A stretch of DNA of 64,000 bases, from the NCBI GenBank assembly GCA_017540085.1, contig JAFYBQ010000033.1:5835-69834 (forward strand), given 5' to 3'. Each line of letters begins with the position of its first letter. Positions within the stretch are counted from its first letter, which is position 1. The position numbers and the translations under genes were made by a program. Under the pieces are notes generated by a model that worked only from the letters and a program-made list of their open reading frames with translations, did no database searches and had not been told where the DNA came from. Shown one piece after another: positions 28,781-36,793 of this stretch. The stretch comes from Synergistaceae bacterium. GTDB taxonomy: Bacteria > Synergistota > Synergistia > Synergistales > Aminobacteriaceae.

Positions 28781-29453
28781 CGTCAAACCTGTAGCCGAAT
28801 CCGTAGACCGTTTTAATCCATCCATTTTCGTGGCCTGGCTCGGCTAATTTCTTGCGGAGATTCTTTATGTAGGTGTCTATTGTCCTGTCGAAACCGTCAT
28901 AATCATCGCCCAGTGCTGACCGTATAATCTCGTCTCTTGACCATGTGCGGACCGGGCGCGACGCGAGAGTCGAAAATATGAGGAACTCGCTTTTTGTTAC
29001 GGGGATAGATTTCCCGTCCTTGCGGATTTCTACCCTCTCCGGGTCAATCTCTATTCTTCCGTCAGCAAAGAACCCGGACGCTATATTGTCCCTTGCCGCT
29101 GTCGGCCTCATCTGAGCGCGGACTCTTGCCATCAAAACGCGGGGGCTGAAAGGTTTTGCGACGTAATCATTTGCGCCTATGTCAAGACCGTAAACGACAT
29201 CAGACTCTCCGGTCTTGGCGGTGAGCATGATTATCGGGACTTGGGATTTTTCCCTGATACGCCGGCAGACTTCCTCGCCTGAAAGTTTCGGGAGCATTAG
29301 GTCAAGAATGACGAGGGAAATATCTTCGCGGTCAAAAATTTCGAGGGCTGATATTCCGTCAGCGGCTGTTACTGTGTCGTAGCCCTCGCGCTTTGCGTAT
29401 GCACTGACGACTTCAGCGATTGCGGCTTCGTCCTCAACGATTAAAATTTTCAT
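28770..29453 (-). CDS. OmpR/PhoB-family response regulator
   Basis: Start refined to ATG 29453 (MKILIVEDE, AGGAG about 10 nt upstream). LVILDLMLP receiver Asp, LTAKT, winged-helix C-terminus (VYGFGYRF). 11-nt overlap with the kinase gene. Confidence 0.92.
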   Translation of the reverse strand: MKILIVEDEAAIAEVVSAYAKREGYDTVTAADGISALEIFDREDISLVILDLMLPKLSGEEVCRRIREKSQVPIIMLTAKTGESDVVYGLDIGANDYVAKPFSPRVLMARVRAQMRPTAARDNIASGFFADGRIEIDPERVEIRKDGKSIPVTKSEFLIFSTLASRPVRTWSRDEIIRSALGDDYDGFDRTIDTYIKNLRKKLAEPGHENGWIKTVYGFGYRFDDEK

Positions 29454-29469
29454 GGGTGAATCAGACTCC

Positions 29470-29507
29470 TTCACAAGAATTATAGATTGATTTCACTGCG
29501 CGTTCAC
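29470..29507 (+). promoter_or_regulatory. three TTCAC pentamers in 11-bp phase (candidate response-regulator box)
   Basis: TTCAC at 29470, 29492 and 29503 (offsets 0, 22, 33). Last box lies 10 nt upstream of TATTCT (29518-29523) in the RR/small-protein divergent region. Confidence 0.4.
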
Positions 29508-29553
29508 AATCCGGGATTATTCTATCAGCGTTGAAACAAGGAGGTAACGAAAA

Positions 29554-29874
29554 ATGAAGAAGACGAAAATCACATCGGCATTGATGATAATAGCAGCAGG
29601 AAGCGCATTACTCTCAGCGAACATTGCAGGAGCAGAGAAGGTAGAAGCGTCGAGGCATCATCACGGGCATTTTCCCTCGCCCCCGCCGCGTGAATGGCGC
29701 AGAGGCCCGGAGCATCATCACCACATGCCCCCGCACGAGTTCGATAGAGGCCCGCAGCATATGGGATTTCATGAAGGGCCGGGAAGAGATTTCCCGCCTC
29801 ACAGACATCACAGAGGGCCGGGACATTTTCCGCCGCCCCCGCCGCCTGAAAGAGGATGCCCCCCGCGCTGGTAG
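29554..29874 (+). CDS. small secreted His/Pro-rich protein
   Basis: 106 aa. Signal peptide MKKTKITSALMIIAAGSALLSANIAGA. Mature part has HHHGH, EHHHHMPPH, HRHHRGPGH and PPPPPP tracts. AAGGAGG 9 nt upstream. Confidence 0.7.
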   Translation: MKKTKITSALMIIAAGSALLSANIAGAEKVEASRHHHGHFPSPPPREWRRGPEHHHHMPPHEFDRGPQHMGFHEGPGRDFPPHRHHRGPGHFPPPPPPERGCPPRW

Positions 29875-29912
29875 GGTATAATTACAGCAGTGAAGAAAGG
29901 AGAAATCTTGCC

Positions 29913-30254
29913 ATGAAGAAAGCAATGACAGCAGGATTAGTGATAGCGGGAATAATAGCGTTGTCGGGAACATCATTCGCGGAAAACAAAACAGGCAGAA
30001 TTATCCGGGACAGCGGTGTGAAAGCCGCAAAGACTCAGACAGGCGGACAGAGACCGCCGGAGCTGCCGGAAGGATTCGACAGAATGAACCGCCCTATGAG
30101 CCGGGACAAGAGGCCGCCCCTCCCGCCTGACGGAAGGCACCCAAGAATCAGCGGGGACAAAAGGCCGCCCTTCCCGCCGCACTCAGGAGACAGAAGACCG
30201 CCCGAACACAGAATGAACAGGACATCACAGCAGGGTGTACAGCCCAGAAATTAG
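29913..30254 (+). CDS. small secreted Pro/Arg-rich protein with DKRPP(L/F)PP repeats
   Basis: Start refined to ATG 29913 (GAAAGGAG upstream). Signal peptide MKKAMTAGLVIAGIIALSGTSFA. Repeats: RDKRPPLPPDGRHP, GDKRPPFPPHSGDRRPPEH. Confidence 0.65.
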   Translation: MKKAMTAGLVIAGIIALSGTSFAENKTGRIIRDSGVKAAKTQTGGQRPPELPEGFDRMNRPMSRDKRPPLPPDGRHPRISGDKRPPFPPHSGDRRPPEHRMNRTSQQGVQPRN

Positions 30255-30265
30255 GAGGAATAATC

Positions 30266-30715
30266 ATGAAGAAAGTATTAGCGTTAGTGTTAGTGTGCGT
30301 AGTGTGTTGTGTTACGGGGACAGCATTAGCCCGTACGAAAGACAGCCAGCCCCGCAGGAATCCTCCCGCGAGAATGGAGCAGCAGATTCCCGGCCATGAC
30401 GCACCTAAGCCCGCTCCCTGCGCCGGAAGCAGAATCTTCACACCCGACATGCCCAAGGAAATCCGCGAGAAGGCCGCCGAACTCGCCAAGCTGAGAATTG
30501 ATCTTGAGGAGGCCATGACATCACGCCCGCTCAACAGGGAGAAAGCTCTTGAGGTTCACGCGAAAATGCTTACGCTGAAGCAGGAGATTGAGACATGGAG
30601 ATTCACGCGGAGGCTTGACCGCATAGAGGAAAGACAGAAGAAAGGACTTTCCCCCGCGCCGGAAGATGTGAGTCCGTCAGCAGAAGAGGAAACAGCCGAG
30701 ACTCCCGCAGAGTAA
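30266..30715 (+). CDS. secreted CpxP/Spy/ZraP-like (LTxxQ) periplasmic protein
   Basis: 149 aa. Signal peptide, then a helical region PKEIREKAAELAKLRIDLEEAM..REKALEVHAKMLTLKQEIE containing LTLKQ (LTxxQ). Confidence 0.6.
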   Translation: MKKVLALVLVCVVCCVTGTALARTKDSQPRRNPPARMEQQIPGHDAPKPAPCAGSRIFTPDMPKEIREKAAELAKLRIDLEEAMTSRPLNREKALEVHAKMLTLKQEIETWRFTRRLDRIEERQKKGLSPAPEDVSPSAEEETAETPAE

Positions 30716-30738
30716 AATCACAGGAAGAAAATCATCCT

Positions 30739-30768
30739 CCCCGGTCAGAAAATGGCCGGGGATTTTTT
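30739..30768 (+). terminator. rho-independent terminator after the small-protein operon
   Basis: CCCCGG-11 nt-CCGGGG followed by ATTTTTT. Confidence 0.75.
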
Positions 30769-30824
30769 ATCTGCTATAATTCAGGCATTAATCCCCAAAA
30801 ATTTTATTGACTGCGTGAATAATT

Positions 30825-32435
30825 ATGAAAAATGTGATGAAAGTTGTACTGTTTATTTCTGTCGGAGGGCTTGTGGCCTTTAACATTTTCGACAGCCTTT
30901 TGCATAAGGTTGCGGACAATATTTTTGTCGGAGGAACTGTCATCATACACAATCACAGCGATAATGACAGCAAAATTTCAGGCGTGATTCATTCTGTCGA
31001 CATACAGCAGAATATCCCCGCAACAATTTCTGAGTCGCCGCCAAAAACTAACATTCCCGAAAATATACCGCCCGTTACCGTCAATCAAGCCTCAAAAGAC
31101 ACAAAGCCAGCCGTTGTTCCGCAAGCGTCGCAAGACATAAAGCCCGTTATCGTTCAGACAATCTCAAATGACACATTAGCCGCAAAAACTTTCAGCAAAG
31201 ATTCGAGTCCTCAAGAAAAATTTTACAGGACAGAATTAATCTATCAGTTCATAATCAAACACTCAGATATTTTCACACGCAGAAAAAATGAATCGCCCGC
31301 AAAAATTTCAGAGGACATGAAAACGTTTGAGCCTCAGAAAATTTCGCATGACATTCACGCCGTGACTCTCAGCGATGACTCAGCACCTGAAAATTTCACG
31401 TTCACAGGATGGCACAAGACCCGCAGTAGCGTAGATATTCCGCAAGCATCGCAAGACAAACAGCCATTTATTGTTCAGGAAATCTCATATGACATAAAGC
31501 CCGCTGTCATTCAGCAAGAACCAAATGACACACTGCCAGCAGAAACGTTCAGCAAAGATTCGAGTCCTCAAGAAAAAATTGACAGGACAGAATTAATCTA
31601 TCAGTTCATAATCAAACACTCAGATATTTTCACACGCAGGAAAAATGAATCGTCTGCAAAAATTTCAGAGGACATGAAAACGTTTGAGCCTCAGAAAATT
31701 TCGCATGACATTCACGCCGTGACTCTCAGCGATGACTCAGCACCCGAAAATTTCACGTTCACAGGATGGCTTAAGACTCGCAGCAGCGTAGACACTCATT
31801 CATTCACGCTGACTCATTCATGCGCGGCAAATATATCGTTCACACCTTCTGACGGCGACAAAGCGTATTACGTTCTGACAGTGAGAGGGGACTCCGGCCA
31901 TGTCATTACGCGCAAGACGATCGACAGCGAGAACCTTCACACAGGAACGGGGAATATATATCTGCGTCCGGGAAATTACACGGTGAACATTGAGCGGGGC
32001 TATTCATGGAGCGGGAAGCCCTACAGAATCACAGTCAGCACTTCACGCGTCAGCAACGCCGAGCAGGAGAGCAACAATTCTCCGCAGACAGCAAATGTTA
32101 TCCCGCTGAATAAAAATGTCAGTGCCTCGTCAGGAACGCATAATGACACGGATTATTTCACGTTCACGCTTGAGAAGCCGATGATGATTCGCCCTTGCCT
32201 TGAGTTTCGCGAAGTCATGAACGGAAGAAGGGTATACGACAAGAAATTTTACGGGCTTACAGTTGATGACAGAAATTTTGTCTTCAGGGGGGACGCAACG
32301 CCGTCGAGGAAGATCAAGCCATTTGTTTTGGACGCGGGGAAATATATAATATCAATATCCCGTTTAGAGCCTGAAGAATTAGAGCTTGGACTCCATGAAT
32401 ACACATTAAGAGTCGACGCTCAAGAATTAATGTAG
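30825..32435 (+). CDS. N-terminally membrane-anchored repeat protein with two C-terminal PPC-like (pre-peptidase C-terminal-like) beta domains
   Basis: 536 aa. TM VVLFISVGGLVAFNIF. QASxDxKPxxVQ short repeats and a 119-aa duplication. C-terminus NNSPQTANVIPLNKNVSASSGTHNDTDYFTFTL resembles the PPC-domain pattern. No clear SD. Confidence 0.6.
   Translation: MKNVMKVVLFISVGGLVAFNIFDSLLHKVADNIFVGGTVIIHNHSDNDSKISGVIHSVDIQQNIPATISESPPKTNIPENIPPVTVNQASKDTKPAVVPQASQDIKPVIVQTISNDTLAAKTFSKDSSPQEKFYRTELIYQFIIKHSDIFTRRKNESPAKISEDMKTFEPQKISHDIHAVTLSDDSAPENFTFTGWHKTRSSVDIPQASQDKQPFIVQEISYDIKPAVIQQEPNDTLPAETFSKDSSPQEKIDRTELIYQFIIKHSDIFTRRKNESSAKISEDMKTFEPQKISHDIHAVTLSDDSAPENFTFTGWLKTRSSVDTHSFTLTHSCAANISFTPSDGDKAYYVLTVRGDSGHVITRKTIDSENLHTGTGNIYLRPGNYTVNIERGYSWSGKPYRITVSTSRVSNAEQESNNSPQTANVIPLNKNVSASSGTHNDTDYFTFTLEKPMMIRPCLEFREVMNGRRVYDKKFYGLTVDDRNFVFRGDATPSRKIKPFVLDAGKYIISISRLEPEELELGLHEYTLRVDAQELM
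31079..31792 (+). repeat. 2 x 357-bp in-frame tandem duplication
   Basis: Cores 31191-31435 and 31548-31792 differ at about ten positions by manual alignment. The first ~112 nt of each unit are more diverged. Confidence 0.9.
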
Positions 32436-32447
32436 GGAGGAATTACA

Positions 32448-32963
32448 GTGAGGAAAATTTTTGCGTTTGCGCTAGTTATTGCTTTGATGTTCGCGGGGAT
32501 TTCGTTTGCGGATGACGGCGAGAAGCTCAAGATTGATGATGTAACGTTCGGTAAAGCCTACAAGATTAAGGGCTATGCGGTGATTACGTTTCAGGAGTTC
32601 AGCTTTGTGGATTCTATCGGGCAGCTACATACGCTGAATGTCGAAAGCGGAAATGAAGCTGATATAGCACTTCTCAAAGCGGACATAAGAAACTTACAGA
32701 AGAAAGATGTAAATTTTCTGGGCAGCATAAGCGTGCAAGCTGTATATGATGACGAATACGAATATAACGGGCTTACAGGGCAGTTCAATTACAACCGCAG
32801 CAAAACAGAATTTGCCCCGGACTTCTCTATAGAGCCTATGTACACAGGGCATTACGGATTTTTCTGCAAGATCCCGAATTACCCCGTGCAGGACAAAACA
32901 GTACCCCTCAGAATGACAATCACGATTGACGGCAACGAGTTCACATACAACATACGAAAGTAA
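32448..32963 (+). CDS. secreted hypothetical protein
   Basis: 171 aa. GTG start 8 nt after GGGAGG. Signal peptide MRKIFAFALVIALMFAGISFA. Beta-rich. 12 nt downstream of the repeat protein gene. Confidence 0.55.
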   Translation: MRKIFAFALVIALMFAGISFADDGEKLKIDDVTFGKAYKIKGYAVITFQEFSFVDSIGQLHTLNVESGNEADIALLKADIRNLQKKDVNFLGSISVQAVYDDEYEYNGLTGQFNYNRSKTEFAPDFSIEPMYTGHYGFFCKIPNYPVQDKTVPLRMTITIDGNEFTYNIRK

Positions 32964-32971
32964 CAAAAATT

Positions 32972-33000
32972 CCCCCCGTCAGAATGAATCCGGCGGGGGG
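32972..33000. terminator. hairpin terminator between convergent genes (T-tract on the larC side)
   Basis: CCCCCCG-15 nt-CGGGGGG. On the minus strand it is followed by AATTTTTG. Confidence 0.6.
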
Positions 33001-33010
33001 ATTAGTGTCT

Positions 33011-34249
33011 CTATATTTCCCTGATGATGATATTCCTTGCCTCGTTCACAGGGATATTTTTCTGACTTGCGATTTCTTTCACGTCTTCATATTCCGGGAC
33101 TCTCCGCAAAATTTCTCCGTCAAGCTCCGTAACTTTCACCCGGACTTTTCCCAGCGATGTATCAGCCTCCTCAACATGCCACTTCAGGCGGAGGCGGTCA
33201 AAATCTTTCAGCCTGACTCCCTGCGATGTAGTGTCAGTGAGAATCACCCGGCATAATTTCACGGCGTTTTCCGGGACAGTGAGACAGCATAATTTCACGC
33301 CCGGCCGGAATTTTTTCATGCTGATATTTTCCGTCCAAACGTCAAGCGCACCCGACTCAAACAGTTTCGCGCAGACAGACTCATAATCCTGCGGGTTCAT
33401 GTCGTCAATGTTGCACTCAATCAGCGTAACTTTCTCGTACACAAGCCCGCCGGCCTCGTCCGCGCTGTCAGTCAGAACAGCCCGCAAAGCGTTGGGCATT
33501 TCGTCTGACTCATGATTCCCGAATCCGAATCCCGAAATCGTGATTTTCCCCGCAGGTATTGCCCCGAATCCGTCAGCAAGAATCTTCACCAGCAATGCCC
33601 CTGTAGGAGTCGTGCGTTCCATCGGCGAGCCGTTTGCGAAAACAGGAAGCCCCCTCAGCAAATATTCAGCCGCCGGAGCAGGCACAGGCAATACGCCGTG
33701 AGCGCATTTAACCGTACCTGAGCCGACATTAACGGGCGAACATATCACACGCGGCCAGCCAAGAGCCTCCATAAGCACGAAAGCCCCGGCAATGTCGATG
33801 ATTGAGTCAACCGCTCCAACCTCGTGAAAGTGAATCTCGTCCGGCGTTGTCCCGTGTACGTGTGCTTCAGCCTCAGCCAGCAATGAGAACGCCCGCAATG
33901 TTTCGCGCTTCACCCTCTGAGAGAGTCCGCTCCCGGAAATTATCGCCTCTATGTCGCGCAAATGCCTGTGATGATGGTGCGAGTCATGCTCGTGGGCGTG
34001 GGCGTGGACTGTGGCGTGTTCATGGCCGTGTTCATGCTCGTCTCCGTGAAAGACTCGAACGTCAAAATTTATCCCGGCGATTCCGTTCCTTGTAGTGTGT
34101 TCTATGATTATGTCGTACTCGTCATCAATTGCATGAATCTTCCCGATTTCGTCGCGTATTATTTCGGGATTGGGTACGAGATTCAGCAATGCCCCTATGA
34201 ACATGTCGCCCGCAATCCCCGCGAAACAGTCAAGATATAACGTCTTCAA
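33011..34249 (-). CDS. larC: nickel-pincer cofactor biosynthesis protein LarC (DUF111), single uninterrupted ORF
   Basis: MKTLYLDCFAGIAGDMFIGALL N-terminus. His-rich HGDEHEHGHEHATVHAHAHEHDSHHHHRH. HFHEVGAVDSIIDI. Confidence 0.88.
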   Translation of the reverse strand: MKTLYLDCFAGIAGDMFIGALLNLVPNPEIIRDEIGKIHAIDDEYDIIIEHTTRNGIAGINFDVRVFHGDEHEHGHEHATVHAHAHEHDSHHHHRHLRDIEAIISGSGLSQRVKRETLRAFSLLAEAEAHVHGTTPDEIHFHEVGAVDSIIDIAGAFVLMEALGWPRVICSPVNVGSGTVKCAHGVLPVPAPAAEYLLRGLPVFANGSPMERTTPTGALLVKILADGFGAIPAGKITISGFGFGNHESDEMPNALRAVLTDSADEAGGLVYEKVTLIECNIDDMNPQDYESVCAKLFESGALDVWTENISMKKFRPGVKLCCLTVPENAVKLCRVILTDTTSQGVRLKDFDRLRLKWHVEEADTSLGKVRVKVTELDGEILRRVPEYEDVKEIASQKNIPVNEARNIIIREI

Positions 34250-34264
34250 TCATTGAGCCTTCTT

Positions 34265-35098
34265 TCATGTGTATGCTAATAATTCCTCGAACGGGTCAGC
34301 CTTCTTCTGCGGGATATTCTCACGGTGATACGGCCTCGCGCTTCCTGAGACTGCCCGCAGTACTGTGCGCTCTTCATTCTCCGCTAACATCGGGACAACT
34401 GTTGACGAGTCAATCTCACACGCGAATGATATATCCTTGCTGTACCCTATCTGCGTCAAGTACTGCGCGTGATTCGATTTCCTGACGCATGACTCTGTGT
34501 CGTTTCCGCTTGCCTGCCACAAAGTGAGAGCGATTCTTGCGCTGTCTGACATTATGACTTCTCCGCGCCTCAATAAATCCTCAATGACTGCCCCGGCGCA
34601 TAGGGTATCTTCCCATGAGGGGCGGCCTTTCCTGCCTGAGCAAAGAATCCCGACACGAGTCCCAATCGTCAAAGCGTAATCGACACACGCAGAATAATTC
34701 CTGAGACTTACGGCCATGACAGGACAGCCGGACGACTCAGCCTCAAGCAATGCGCCTGTTCCGTTTGTTGTTGACATTACACCGCAGTAATGCTCCCGGA
34801 TTATGTCATAATTCAGGTCAAGCGGAGAGTTTCCCATGTCGAAACCTTCAGGGGGGATTCCGTTCACCTCGCCCATGAGAAGAGGAGATGACCCCCGCGC
34901 TTTGAGTTCAGCGACAAGATTCCGCGCCTCATCGGGGGATTTCACCGGGTAAAGCTCAGTCCCGCCAAGCTCAAACCAGCGTGTCATTACGGTAGTCGCC
35001 CGGAGAACGTCAATAACCATCCACAAATCAGCGGACGGAAGATAGTTTTTTCCTCCCCCGCCCGCGAAAACTAAATCAGCCTCGTATTTTTCCCTCAT
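34265..35098 (-). CDS. 2-phosphosulfolactate phosphatase (ComB) family protein
   Basis: VIDVLRATTVMT and GEVNG/GFDMGNSP motifs typical of the ComB family. Bacterial function unclear. Confidence 0.7.
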   Translation of the reverse strand: MREKYEADLVFAGGGGKNYLPSADLWMVIDVLRATTVMTRWFELGGTELYPVKSPDEARNLVAELKARGSSPLLMGEVNGIPPEGFDMGNSPLDLNYDIIREHYCGVMSTTNGTGALLEAESSGCPVMAVSLRNYSACVDYALTIGTRVGILCSGRKGRPSWEDTLCAGAVIEDLLRRGEVIMSDSARIALTLWQASGNDTESCVRKSNHAQYLTQIGYSKDISFACEIDSSTVVPMLAENEERTVLRAVSGSARPYHRENIPQKKADPFEELLAYT

Positions 35099-35101
35099 GA
35101 A

Positions 35102-36538
35102 TCAATACGCTTTCGCAAAAACTGTGAGCCTTGCGCCGTCATTGCCCGTGATGATACATTTGCCCGTGTCATTCCCCGGCAAAACCACGCGGGGAGTCGC
35201 GCCGGTTTCCTCTCGGATTCGTGTCTCATCGTCCTTAGTGCCTCCGAAATATGCCCGGACGAATCCGCCCTTGTCCGCGATAATTTCTTTCAACTCGTCA
35301 TATGTCGCTGCGTCATGAGTATTTGCTTCCCTGAAGTCTTTTGCGCGTGTGAAAAGATTAGCTTGTATATCGTCAAGAGTTTTTATCACAGTCGGAATTA
35401 TGTCGTCATTTCTCACGTCAATTTTTGCTCCTGTGTCCCTGCGTACAAGTCTGACAGTCCCGGCCGCTAAATCTTTCTCGCCAAGCTCAAGCCGTAACGG
35501 GACTCCCTTCTGAAGGTGCGCGAAAAATCTATCTCCCGGCCTCATGTGGAAGTCAGTATCAACTTTCGTATACATTCCGCCTAATTCCGCGTCAAGTTTT
35601 TCTGACAGCTCTTTGGCTTTCGGGAGAATGTCATTTGCGGCGACTGCCTCATCTTTCGAGATGGGAAGAATTACGGCCTTCACGGGAGCGATTCGGGGAG
35701 GAATTACGAGTCCGTCATCGTCCGAGTGTGTCATGATAAGCGCGCCGATAGAACGAGTCGAGAGTCCCCAGCTTGTAGTCCAGCAGTAAGACAATTCGCC
35801 GTCCCTGTTCTGATACTGAATCTCGAAAGCCTTGGCGAAATTCTGTCCGAGAAAATGACTCGTTGCTGACTGTAACGCCTTTGTGTCGCTCATCATTGCC
35901 TCGCATGTGTACGTGTCTTCAGCTCCGGGGAATCTTTCTCCCGCTGTCTTTTCGCCCGAAAGCACCGGCACCGCTAATTCTTCCTCAAGCACCTTCCTGT
36001 AGACGTTAAGCATTCTGATAGTTTCCTCGCGGGCTTCCTGCTCTGTTTCGTGTGCTGTGTGTCCTTCCTGCCATAGAAATTCGGACGTTCGCAGGAACAG
36101 GCGCGGGCGTTTCTCCCAGCGCATTACGTTGCACCACTGATTAATGAGAACAGGAAGATCCCGCCATGACTGTATCCACTTTGAGTACATGTAGCCGATA
36201 ACGGTCTCTGATGTCGGGCGGACTGCGTAAGGCTCTTCGAGTTTCTCGCCGCCTGCGTGCGTAACCATAGCCAGCTCCGGGGTGAATCCCTCTACGTGTT
36301 CGGCCTCTTTGCGGAAAAATGAGTCGGGGATAAGGAGCGGGAAATATGCGTTTACGTGGCCGGTCTTCTTGAACTCAGCGTCAAGTTTGGCCTGTATATT
36401 TTCCCAGAGCGCATAGCCTGTCGGACGTATCACCATACAGCCTCGAACGGGGGCATAATCTGCGAGTTCCGCCGCTTTGATTACGTCAAGATACCACTGC
36501 GAATAGTTTTCTTTTCTCGGTGTGATGTTTCGTGCCAA
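35102..36538 (-). CDS. proS: proline--tRNA ligase (archaeal/eukaryote-like type)
   Basis: 478 aa. NYSQWYLDVIKAAELADYAPVRGCMVIRPTGYALWE, FLRTSEFLWQEGHTAH. TTG start 11 nt after AGGAGG. Confidence 0.92.
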   Translation of the reverse strand: MARNITPRKENYSQWYLDVIKAAELADYAPVRGCMVIRPTGYALWENIQAKLDAEFKKTGHVNAYFPLLIPDSFFRKEAEHVEGFTPELAMVTHAGGEKLEEPYAVRPTSETVIGYMYSKWIQSWRDLPVLINQWCNVMRWEKRPRLFLRTSEFLWQEGHTAHETEQEAREETIRMLNVYRKVLEEELAVPVLSGEKTAGERFPGAEDTYTCEAMMSDTKALQSATSHFLGQNFAKAFEIQYQNRDGELSYCWTTSWGLSTRSIGALIMTHSDDDGLVIPPRIAPVKAVILPISKDEAVAANDILPKAKELSEKLDAELGGMYTKVDTDFHMRPGDRFFAHLQKGVPLRLELGEKDLAAGTVRLVRRDTGAKIDVRNDDIIPTVIKTLDDIQANLFTRAKDFREANTHDAATYDELKEIIADKGGFVRAYFGGTKDDETRIREETGATPRVVLPGNDTGKCIITGNDGARLTVFAKAY

Positions 36539-36541
36539 TTT

Positions 36542-36793
36542 CTATTTGTCCTCCTTTTGTGTTTGCCAGATTGTTTTTACTCCGCCGTCCGCGCAAATTT
36601 CAGCAATCTCGTAAACGCTTTTTGTTACGGCAGAAAGTTTCCCTATAGTCTGTTTCACGGCGATTTCCCAGAGAGTAACGATGCTCACATAGACATTATC
36701 ACTGCTGAATATGATTTCCCTTGCGGTGTCAGATAATTTCTTGTCCCCTGTCATGTGCCAGACTAATGCGCAGGTGTCAAGCAGATATTTCAT
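36542..36793 (-). CDS. PIN-domain (VapC-like) toxin remnant lacking the C-terminal catalytic segment
   Basis: 83 aa. N-terminus LLDTCALVW..TLWEIAVKQTIGKL parallels the 129-aa paralog at 37091-37480. About 45 aa including HRDPFDR are missing while GVKTIWQ is retained. Last codons (CAA AAG GAG GAC AAA TAG) are the proS SD. Confidence 0.6.
   Translation of the reverse strand: MKYLLDTCALVWHMTGDKKLSDTAREIIFSSDNVYVSIVTLWEIAVKQTIGKLSAVTKSVYEIAEICADGGVKTIWQTQKEDK

Noticed and set aside
29614-29976. 120-aa minus-strand ORF and 63-aa plus-strand ORF overlapping the His/Pro-rich gene.
   Set aside because: They are alternative-frame readings of the same low-complexity DNA. Only the 29554 frame has a signal peptide and a well-spaced AAGGAGG.
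31079-31792. The two 357-bp repeats might be a template/variable repeat pair of a diversity-generating retroelement.
   Set aside because: - The roughly ten differences between the cores include T>A, T>G, A>G, C>T and T>C changes, with no adenine-specific pattern.
- Both copies are in frame in the same gene.
- No reverse transcriptase gene is present in the window.
36542-36793. The 83-aa PIN ORF might be a functional mini-toxin.
   Set aside because: - It lacks the HRDPFDR-containing segment that supplies the distal acidic active-site residues in the adjacent full-length paralog.
- It is kept as a probable inactive remnant, but this is not proven.
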